Of a DNA stretch of 64,000 nt, positions 17,971 through 25,748 are shown one piece after another (the stretch's first letter is position 1; each line of letters starts with the position of its first letter). Source of the stretch: Nitrospirota bacterium (GTDB lineage Bacteria > Nitrospirota > Thermodesulfovibrionia > Thermodesulfovibrionales > JdFR-88); the NCBI GenBank assembly GCA_021825295.1, contig JAKAHV010000002.1, forward strand, positions 70,189 to 134,188, given 5' to 3'. The notes under the pieces were generated by a model. It was not told the DNA's origin, did not search any database, and worked only from the letters and a program-made list of their open reading frames with translations. A program made the position numbers and the translations under genes.

Positions 17971-19260
17971 ATGAAAGCATTGAAGATCTGGCTCATACTC
18001 ATGGCCGCGGCCTTGGCCGTTTTCGCCTTTAACGGCGCGGCCCTTGCGTTCCATGACGGCGGCGTGGCCTACTGCGAGGGCTGCCACACGATGCATAACT
18101 CGGTAGGCGGGGCTGTCGTCAATACACCTGGCGGGGTAAAGGGCACTGTCGGCAACGGCCTCAATGAGTATCTACTGCAGGGCTCGGACCCGAGCTCCAC
18201 CTGCCTCAACTGCCACGCGAAAAATACGATGGGCGCGAACATCCAGGTGCTCAGCTCTGACGGCACCGCCTATACGCCGGGCGGCGACTTTTACTGGGTC
18301 AACAAGACCTACACCTATTCCCCGTGGGCCGGCGCAAACATGACCTCGGAGGGGTATAACCACGGCCACAGCGTCATAGCCTCCGACTTCGGCCTTTCCG
18401 AGGACTCTCACTTCGCGGGCAATGTGGGACCTGGCGGGACCTATCCCGCCTCCAACCTGGCCTGCAACTCCTGCCACAACCCGCACGGCCGCGTCAACGG
18501 GGGCACAAGAAACAGCGAGGGGCCGGTGAAGGCTTCCGGCTCCTACGGCCCGGGTTTCTGCACTCCTGACGCCAGCGGGATATGCGGCAACTACAGGCTC
18601 CTGGCGGACGGCCTCTACAATGCCGGCGACCCCGCTGTCTTCGGAAGCTCCTCAGCGCAGGGTTTCCCGGTGCAAGGCTATCACTACACCGCCAACGCGC
18701 CCGTTGCCGTGGCGCCGCAGGATTTCCGGGAAAAGGAGGACGGCTACGGCACAGGTTCCGGCATCGAGCACGTGGATTACGGCACCGGCATCGCCGAGTG
18801 GTGCGCCAACTGCCACGGCGCTTTCCTGAACAACAGCGGAGGGACGGGCACGGGCTACCACCGCCACCCGGCGGGCGACAGCGCCAAGCTTGGCGGCCTG
18901 GCCAGCCTCTACAACTCATATGTAAAGTCCGGCGACTATGCAGGCGACAGCAGCAAATCCTATCTGCCGCTGGTGCCTTTTGAAAGGGGCGTGGCGACGG
19001 GGCTCGTCGCAAACAGCCCCGCGGGGCCTGACGGCGCAAACGCGGCCGTCATGTGCCTGAGCTGCCACAGGGCGCACGCCTCGGCATTCGACGAGATGAC
19101 CAGGTGGGACACCAGCGCGGAGTTCATGTCCGCCTCTAGCGCGCTTATCGCCACCTCGAAGCCATGGGCCGCCAACGCCCCGTATTACGGCTGGGACATA
19201 GTGGGACAGATGGGCTCCTACCAGAGGAACCTCTGCAACAAGTGCCACGTGCAGGATTAA
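17971..19260 (+). CDS. Secreted hexahaem c-type cytochrome, OmcS-family paralog 5
   Basis: ALA|FHDGGVAYCEGCHTMHN, six CxxCH, YQRNLCNKCHVQD. An extra Cys pair (GFCTPDASGIC) is unique to this copy. Confidence 0.85.
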   Translation: MKALKIWLILMAAALAVFAFNGAALAFHDGGVAYCEGCHTMHNSVGGAVVNTPGGVKGTVGNGLNEYLLQGSDPSSTCLNCHAKNTMGANIQVLSSDGTAYTPGGDFYWVNKTYTYSPWAGANMTSEGYNHGHSVIASDFGLSEDSHFAGNVGPGGTYPASNLACNSCHNPHGRVNGGTRNSEGPVKASGSYGPGFCTPDASGICGNYRLLADGLYNAGDPAVFGSSSAQGFPVQGYHYTANAPVAVAPQDFREKEDGYGTGSGIEHVDYGTGIAEWCANCHGAFLNNSGGTGTGYHRHPAGDSAKLGGLASLYNSYVKSGDYAGDSSKSYLPLVPFERGVATGLVANSPAGPDGANAAVMCLSCHRAHASAFDEMTRWDTSAEFMSASSALIATSKPWAANAPYYGWDIVGQMGSYQRNLCNKCHVQD

Positions 19261-19296
19261 CGTTCGCGGCATAACGCATCTTTAATATGGCACAGG

Positions 19297-19323
19297 GGCG
19301 GGGCTTGCCCCGCCACGGTTTTT
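19297..19323 (+). terminator. Terminator 1 after paralog 5
   Basis: 7-bp stem gggcggg/cccgccc (19297-19314), then acggTTTTT. Confidence 0.5.
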
Positions 19324-19328
19324 ATAAG

Positions 19329-19356
19329 GGGCCGGCATTCGCCGGCCCTTTTGTTT
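19329..19356 (+). terminator. Terminator 2 after paralog 5
   Basis: 8-bp stem gggccggc/gccggccc followed by TTTTgTTT. Confidence 0.65.
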
Positions 19357-19780
19357 CCGGTTGTAAAAAGCCGGAAGAGCCTGTTGAATTTTTATGGCAA
19401 GCTTGAGTAGGCATTGTACCGTTTTCATAAACTGTTTATCTGGACAATGCCACGGCCTGGCGGATTATGATGGGGAACGGCAGTGCTTTTCAAGAAGCCC
19501 TGCCGCCGGCAGGGAAAGGAGTTTTTATGGGGAAGATCAGTCTCGGGCGAGAAATGCAATTAACCGTCATGAACCCGGGTGTCCGATTGAACGCTTTGAA
19601 CAGCCTGGCTAAAAAAGTTGTTATAAAAGCATAGGTTGCGGTTTTCATCTTGAACGGAAAACGCCAAAAAAAGGCAATGGCGCATCCTGCATCCCGCCGG
19701 GATTCAGTGGAAGCTGAATTATGGGCGTATGCGTATTAACCAAACAGGACATTTCTATTTGGCGTTGACATTTGCGATGG

Positions 19781-20016
19781 GGGCCTGCTTCAGATTTGTG
19801 GGGCCCGTATCTGTCTGTTCCCGGAGAAAAACGTATCTGCCTGTTCCTGGAGAGAAGCGAAGAGCGGACGGATACGAAGTGCTGCATCTTGACGACTTTC
19901 CGCCATTCGCCCATAAAGACGAACTAAACAAAGCCGTCCGAGTACGTCCGGAACCGCGCGCTGATCGGAAGGAGCAGGCAGATGCCCCGCCTAGCCCCAC
20001 AAATATGACGCAGGCC
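19781..20016 (+). mobile_element. MITE family B copy 2 (same orientation as copy 1)
   Basis: Ends are gggcctgcttcagatttgtggggc ... gccccacaaatatgacgcaggcc. The interior is collinear with 10111-10318 plus a short internal duplication (gtatctgYctgttccYgga). Confidence 0.7.
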
Positions 20017-20137
20017 TTTTTGTGATGTATGCGATTGACCGGGCGGGACGCCATTTTATATAATTACCAGTTTTCTATGAAGGCGTTTTTTTAAACTTCT
20101 GATTCGCAGGCGGGTTTGTAAGGAGGTTTTCTAATTC

Positions 20138-21544
20138 TTGGGTAAGCTTGCAAAAATCCCGGTCCTCGCGCTCCTGCTGATCTTCGGATGCCAGATAAAA
20201 CCACAACAGCTCCAGCCTGCCCTTGTGCATGAAGGGGAGGTTTATGTCTACATGGAGCCGCTGCCGCTGAAGGCCCAGAGGTTGAGCTTCACCTTCAACG
20301 GCGTCTATTGCATCCGGGCGGACGGCGCCTTGATACCCCTCAGGCTTCACATGGCCGGGTTCGACTCCGTGCTGGCGGGCAGGCAGAGGCTTGTGGCGCG
20401 CGGCATACTTCCGGCCGGTCAATACACCGGGCTTGCCCTTTCCGTGAAGGACGCCCACCTGAGATCGGAGGAAGGCATGCAGTCTTCCCTCCTCGTTCCG
20501 GACAAGCCGGTGAGGCGCGAGCTGCCCTTCACGGTCAGGGAAAGGGGCGGCGTGGTCATCTCCATGACCCTCCGGTACGGCCAGGCGGTCCGGGCGGGGT
20601 TCAATTTCACGCCCGCCTTCGATCTGAAGATACCCGATAAACCCGTCGATGCGCTTTTGGGCTATGTGGTGAATACCGGTTCGAACGACATCACTGTCTT
20701 TAACAAGCTGGCGATGGAGGTGACGGGGGTCATCGTCACCGGGGCGGGCCCGATGGGGATGGCCCTGGACCCGAACCTGAAGAGGGGTTATGTGGCGCTC
20801 TCCCGGGAGGACGCGATCGACGTGATAGACATGACGGAGGGCGCGGTGGTGGGCCGCATACGGCTTAACACGGGGGACAGCCCCAGCCAGGTGGCGCTTA
20901 CGCCGGACGGCGGCGCGCTGCTGTCCGTCAACACCGGCTCCAACACCGTAAGCGTTATAGACCCCGTCTCCTTCGTGGAGCGAAGCCGGATAAAGGTGGG
21001 GATACAGCCCGTCTACATACAGCTTGACCCTTCCGGCAAGAGGGCCTACGTCTTCAACTATTTCTCGAACACCATCTCCATAATAGACCTTACCTCGGGC
21101 TCCGTGGTGGCCACCGTCCCCACGGACCCCGCCCCCATAAGGGGCGCTTTTGACCGCAGCGGCGGCAAGCTTTACATAATTAACGAGAGCACTCCCTATC
21201 TCACGGTCCTGGACACCTCCAGCCTTGCCGTCATAAAGCGGCAGTTCGCCGGGCAGGGCATGAGGGCCATAAAGGTGGACACGAGATCGGACCTCATCTA
21301 CATAGGGAAAATGAACACCCCCCTTCTTGAGGTTTACGACCCGTTTACCTTCATACCGGTCGATTACATAAAAGCCGGTGAGGACCCGGCCTACATGACT
21401 ATAGACAACGACGAGAACAACCTCTGCGTGGTTGACCCCGTCCTGCGGTCGCTCATTTTCATAAGCCTGTCGAGCAGGAAGACCGTCTCCATGATCGACG
21501 TCGGCAGCGGCCCGTACTGGGTGAGCCTCATGGGGGAGAGGTAA
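20138..21544 (+). CDS. Lipoprotein with YVTN-type beta-propeller repeats
   Basis: TTG start after AAGGAGG. Lipobox LLLIFGC. Repeats of about 40 residues such as GYVVNTGSNDITVFN, SVNTGSNTVSVIDP and YVFNYFSNTISIIDL. Confidence 0.7.
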   Translation: MGKLAKIPVLALLLIFGCQIKPQQLQPALVHEGEVYVYMEPLPLKAQRLSFTFNGVYCIRADGALIPLRLHMAGFDSVLAGRQRLVARGILPAGQYTGLALSVKDAHLRSEEGMQSSLLVPDKPVRRELPFTVRERGGVVISMTLRYGQAVRAGFNFTPAFDLKIPDKPVDALLGYVVNTGSNDITVFNKLAMEVTGVIVTGAGPMGMALDPNLKRGYVALSREDAIDVIDMTEGAVVGRIRLNTGDSPSQVALTPDGGALLSVNTGSNTVSVIDPVSFVERSRIKVGIQPVYIQLDPSGKRAYVFNYFSNTISIIDLTSGSVVATVPTDPAPIRGAFDRSGGKLYIINESTPYLTVLDTSSLAVIKRQFAGQGMRAIKVDTRSDLIYIGKMNTPLLEVYDPFTFIPVDYIKAGEDPAYMTIDNDENNLCVVDPVLRSLIFISLSSRKTVSMIDVGSGPYWVSLMGER

Positions 21545-21555
21545 TGTCTTTCTAG

Positions 21556-23874
21556 ATGACTGACGGCCGGATAAAGTTTTTCAATATTCCCCTTTTTTTT
21601 TTAGCCCTCCTGGCGGCGTTTCTGGCGGCGCCCGCGCCTGCCATGGCGGGTGTAAACGCGGGGCTTGAATGGGATTACGGGGTCTTCAACACCAAAACGA
21701 CCGACAAGACGACCAACGAGACCAGCCAGTCCAGGCTCGTTTCCTTCGAGCAGATATACAGGCTGGACCTCTCCAGGAGGATATATCCGCATCTGGAGGT
21801 CCACGGGGGCGGCATATTCGACAGGCTGTCGAGCAAGTCCACCGTTGACGGCACTCCCTCCATCACCTCCACCACCAGGACGCTCAGGCCCTATGCCGGG
21901 GTATCCTTCGGCACCGCGCCCTTCAGCGTGGGCCTGGATTACAGCAGCATCGAAAGGACGACCGGTTTTTCCGGGTCCGCCTCCAGCACGCAGATAAACG
22001 ACAGCTATAACGCCATCTTCGGGTGGAGGCCCGACGGCCTTCCTCCCCTCACCGTCCAGTATTCAAGGGCCCACCAGTATGACGAGCAGCACCTCCTGAA
22101 CGACATAACGAGCGATTCGCTGAGCTGGAGCACTTCATATTCCCCGCTTAAAAACCTGCTGCTTGCATACGAGGGCTCCTGGGACAAGTCCAAAAACAAC
22201 CTCAACGACACGACCTTCACGGACTTGAACAACAGCGGCCGCGTCTCCTACGCCAGGGGGTTCTTCAACAACCGCGTCATGATGAACACGGATTACAACA
22301 CCCACTACGACCAGACGGAGACCGAGGTCACCACCACTTCCAGCGGGCTGGTCTATTTCCAGGTCTTCCCGTTCAACGGGTTCTCCCTTGAGAGTGTAAC
22401 GGCGCCCGCGACGACGGCGTTCCAGCAGAACCCGGACGACATGACGTATCAGGACAAGGCGCTCACGGACGGCGACACCAAGACCAGCGCGGGCATAGAC
22501 GTCGGCTGGGGGAACTATCAGCAGAAGAACAACTCCCTCGCGAACTGGAACATGGGACTGAAATTCCAGGACACGCCCGCCGTCAACGCCCTTTTCGTCT
22601 ATGTCGACAGGGACGTCAGCCAGCTTTTATCCGAGGTCCCGAACCCCTTCAACTGGCAGGTCTGCACTAGCGCGGACAACCAGAACTGGTCGTGCCAGCC
22701 TGTGGTGGCGCTCTACCAGCCCTTCGGCCAGCCGCCAAACCAGAACCCCAGGTTCGAGATAGACCTGCCCGGGGACCTGAATTCGACGTGGGTGAAGGTC
22801 GTGGTAAACCCCCTGAACCCCTCGACCCCGGTGGTCCTTTCGCAGTCGCAGTTTCAGCACATATACGTTACCGAGGTGCAGGCCTTCGAGCGCAAACAGG
22901 CCCGCGAGGTGCAGGGCCAGACGGAGACCGCATCTTCGTCCCAGTACGACCTGAGCCTGCGGGCGTCCCTGCTCAGCCGTCCGCAGCTTTTCTACGACTT
23001 CAACCTGATCTATTCCATCAACTCCGGCTCCGGACAGCCCAGCACCACAAACTACACGATATCAAACGGTTTTACGGTGCTGCACAGGTTCAGCAGCATA
23101 TTGACCGGCACTGCCAGGGTCTCCCGCGACGAGGTCGAAAACGAGGCCGGCACCGGGACATCCTATCTCTACAGCGCGTCTCTGACCGCCGTGCCTGTGC
23201 CCGCCCTGAACGACAACCTGATCTATAGCGGCTCCACTTCCTCCGCCGACGGGATAACCACGACGACAAACGCGGTGTTTCTGAACAATACCGCGGAACT
23301 CTACCAGGGCATAAGCGCGTATGCCAGGGCGGGCGTCAATTTCGGCAGTTCGAGCAACGGCATCGAGAGCACGAGCTACACTTACAATTTCGGCTCGACC
23401 CTCACCCCGTACCGCACCCTTTCCCTGAACATGGACTATTCCGAATCGCACACCTCCGAAAACGGCGTGCCCGTCCTGCCCGGCGTCCAGCCCTCCACGG
23501 TCACTCCGCAGGCGAGCTCGGAATTCCACACGAATACCGCCGACGTGTCGGTCTCGTGGTCGCCGTTCAGCACGCTTTATGCCGTTTTGGCCATCGACTA
23601 CGTCTCCACGGAGCAGACCTCCCGCACGGCCTACAATTACAACGTAAGCTGGTCTCCGTTTCCGTATGGCGCGGTCCAGTTCTCCTTTGCGTACAACGAG
23701 TCCATAGGGACGGGCCCCGACGCGCCCACCTCCAGGACGATAAGCCCCAGCATGAGGTGGAGGATAGCGCAGCGCACGTTCCTGGACGTCTCCTATGCGA
23801 TACTGAAAAGCGAGGACGACCTTGCCGTTTCGAATTCGGACTCTGTCTATGCGACGTTCAAGAAATTCTTCTGA
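21556..23874 (+). CDS. Large outer-membrane beta-barrel protein with an internal discoidin/galactose-binding-like segment
   Basis: Signal peptide ...APAPAMA. Alternating Ser/Thr/Tyr-rich beta-strand pattern and a C-terminal ...YATFKKFF ending in Phe. The central NWNMGLKF...WQVCTSADNQNWS...WVKVVV...IYVTEVQAF resembles an F5/8 type C domain. Confidence 0.55.
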   Translation: MTDGRIKFFNIPLFFLALLAAFLAAPAPAMAGVNAGLEWDYGVFNTKTTDKTTNETSQSRLVSFEQIYRLDLSRRIYPHLEVHGGGIFDRLSSKSTVDGTPSITSTTRTLRPYAGVSFGTAPFSVGLDYSSIERTTGFSGSASSTQINDSYNAIFGWRPDGLPPLTVQYSRAHQYDEQHLLNDITSDSLSWSTSYSPLKNLLLAYEGSWDKSKNNLNDTTFTDLNNSGRVSYARGFFNNRVMMNTDYNTHYDQTETEVTTTSSGLVYFQVFPFNGFSLESVTAPATTAFQQNPDDMTYQDKALTDGDTKTSAGIDVGWGNYQQKNNSLANWNMGLKFQDTPAVNALFVYVDRDVSQLLSEVPNPFNWQVCTSADNQNWSCQPVVALYQPFGQPPNQNPRFEIDLPGDLNSTWVKVVVNPLNPSTPVVLSQSQFQHIYVTEVQAFERKQAREVQGQTETASSSQYDLSLRASLLSRPQLFYDFNLIYSINSGSGQPSTTNYTISNGFTVLHRFSSILTGTARVSRDEVENEAGTGTSYLYSASLTAVPVPALNDNLIYSGSTSSADGITTTTNAVFLNNTAELYQGISAYARAGVNFGSSSNGIESTSYTYNFGSTLTPYRTLSLNMDYSESHTSENGVPVLPGVQPSTVTPQASSEFHTNTADVSVSWSPFSTLYAVLAIDYVSTEQTSRTAYNYNVSWSPFPYGAVQFSFAYNESIGTGPDAPTSRTISPSMRWRIAQRTFLDVSYAILKSEDDLAVSNSDSVYATFKKFF

Positions 23875-23970
23875 CGGATATATGAAAAGACTATGGCGGG
23901 AGGGCGGAAAATATTGACAAACAATAATGGAAACTATCATAATTACCGAACCAAATGTTCGGGAACAATA

Positions 23971-24537
23971 ATGGCTGACCTGAAGCGAATCGTCCTGCTT
24001 GCCGTCGTGCTGGCCCTTGCGGGCTGCGGCGGAAAGGCCGGCGTTTATCACGACAAGAACATGGATTTCGGCTCCATCCGCACCGTGGCCGTGATGCCGT
24101 TTATGAACCTCACTTCGGACGCCGGCGCGGCTGAAAGGGTGAGGGACGTCTTTTCGGACTCGCTTCTTGCCACTGGCGCGGTGTACGTGCTTCCCTCCGG
24201 CGAGGTGGCCCGCGGGCTGGCCAGGGCGGGGGTGAACACGCCTTCCGCGCCCGCCCCGTCCGAGGTCAAGACCTTCTGCAGTTTTGTGAAGGCTGACGCG
24301 GTCATCACCGGGGTCATAAGGGAATACGGGGAGGTCAGAAGCGGCAATACCTCCTCCACCATCATCTCCGTCAGCCTTCAGATGATGGAGGCGCAGAGCG
24401 GCCGGATTGTATGGTCGGCCTCCGCCACTGAAGGCGGCATCACCATCTGGGACCGGCTTTTTGGAGGGGGCGCCGAGCCTATGAACGCCATTACGCAAAA
24501 AGCCGTTGATGAGCTTATCAAGAAGCTTTTCGCGTAG
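23971..24537 (+). CDS. Small lipoprotein (LpoB/DUF799-like, VAVMPFMNLT motif)
   Basis: Start at MADLKRIVLL; lipobox LALAGC. The TVAVMPFxNxT block is typical of that lipoprotein fold. The family call is tentative. Confidence 0.5.
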   Translation: MADLKRIVLLAVVLALAGCGGKAGVYHDKNMDFGSIRTVAVMPFMNLTSDAGAAERVRDVFSDSLLATGAVYVLPSGEVARGLARAGVNTPSAPAPSEVKTFCSFVKADAVITGVIREYGEVRSGNTSSTIISVSLQMMEAQSGRIVWSASATEGGITIWDRLFGGGAEPMNAITQKAVDELIKKLFA

Positions 24538-25654
24538 CTCCTTCCATCTGCTTGTTGCTGCCGTGCTGGTCCTTGCGGGCGTGGTCTGCGGGTGCGCGGG
24601 CCCCGGCGTCAGGACCCCTCCGGTGCCGGGCTCGTACGGCAGGAAGATGACAGTCGTGGTCCTGCCGGTCCAGAACTTGAGCAGGACGGACGCCCCGCTC
24701 AGGGACATCAGGCGTTTGTTCGAGGAGCGGCTGAGCAAGCTTGGCCTGAAGGTCGTTCCGGAAAGTGTCGTGGAGCAGGTGATGGCCAGGCACCGGATGC
24801 GCGACGTCGGGGGGCTGGACGCCGAAATGTCCAGGGCCTTCGGCAAGGAGGCCGGCGCTGGCGCGGTCCTCATTACCGACCTTGAGCTCTACGACCCCTC
24901 CTATCCTCCAAAGCTGGCGCTTACCGTCAGGCTGGTTGCCGCGGGGTCGGACGAGCCTGAAATCCTCTGGATGGACAGCGCCGGACTTTCAGGCAATGAC
25001 AAGCCCGGCCTCCTTTCGCTCGGCATTGTGCGCAATCCCCGCGCGCTGCTGGAAAAGGCGGCCGCCCGCCTCACGGACTCGCTGAGTGACGCGCTTTCCG
25101 GCCGCTGGTCGAAAGCCCCGGGCGTGGTCATGGCGGACAGGTTCAGGCCAGATAGATATTACAAATCACCCCTGCTGGACCCCAGCCGGAGGTACACGGT
25201 CGTGGTGGCCCCGTTCTACAATCTCAGCCACAGGAGCGAGGCGGGCAACATAATGATGCTGCATTTCGTGGAGCAGCTTTGCCGTCACAGGAAGCATTTT
25301 CGCGTGATCGAGCCCGGCCTGATAAGACACGAGTTCCTCAATGAAAGGATAATCATGAACGACGGCATATCCTTCGCCAATGCCGATGCCCTTTTCAGCC
25401 AGTTGCGCGCGGACCTGATTGTCACGGGCAAGGTCCTGGACTACCAGGACTACAAGGGGGCCCAGGGCAATCCCTCGGTCAATTTCGACACCATTGCGAT
25501 CGAAAACAAGAGCCACGAGGTGATCTTTTCCTCCGCCGATTCCGCAACCGGCAACAAGGGCGTTTACTTTTTCGACCGGGGCAGCATAAGCACCGCCCAT
25601 GCAATGGCGTCCGCGATGGCGAGGTCCGTCGTGGAGCTTATGATAAAGGGATGA
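24506..25654 (+). CDS. Lipoprotein with two LpoB/DUF799-like modules
   Basis: Cys-containing signal LAGVVCGC. Two internal copies of the motif: MTVVVLPVQNLS and YTVVVAPFYNLS. It overlaps the preceding gene by 32 nt. Confidence 0.5.
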   Translation: MMSLSRSFSRSSFHLLVAAVLVLAGVVCGCAGPGVRTPPVPGSYGRKMTVVVLPVQNLSRTDAPLRDIRRLFEERLSKLGLKVVPESVVEQVMARHRMRDVGGLDAEMSRAFGKEAGAGAVLITDLELYDPSYPPKLALTVRLVAAGSDEPEILWMDSAGLSGNDKPGLLSLGIVRNPRALLEKAAARLTDSLSDALSGRWSKAPGVVMADRFRPDRYYKSPLLDPSRRYTVVVAPFYNLSHRSEAGNIMMLHFVEQLCRHRKHFRVIEPGLIRHEFLNERIIMNDGISFANADALFSQLRADLIVTGKVLDYQDYKGAQGNPSVNFDTIAIENKSHEVIFSSADSATGNKGVYFFDRGSISTAHAMASAMARSVVELMIKG

Positions 25655-25748
25655 GGGAAAGGGCGTGTATTTCTTTGGAAATCACGGCCTCAATTTTTAA
25701 CTTGAATTTCTTAAAGGGTATATGTTTAAATTTTAGGTCTTTAATATT

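Noticed and set aside
11033-19272. Long minus-strand ORFs inside the OmcS paralogs (11033-12151, 13754-14890, 16054-17424, 18494-19272 and others)
   Set aside because: Each mirrors a plus-strand cytochrome gene. Their similarity to one another comes only from the sense-strand paralogy. They have no start context or motifs.
19527-19634. 35-aa ORF MGKISLGREMQLTVMNPGVRLNALNSLAKKVVIKA with an AAAGGAG site upstream, and the overlapping 72-aa ORF 19394-19612
   Set aside because: No recognisable family and no neighbouring support. It lies in an AT-richer spacer between terminators and a MITE, which is too little evidence to call a gene.
19761-19776. Sigma-54-like TGGCGTTGACATTTGC upstream of MITE B copy 2
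   Set aside because: The GG-to-GC spacing is one nucleotide too long (N11), and sigma-54 tolerates spacing changes poorly. The embedded TTGACA has no matching -10 hexamer at 16-18 nt.
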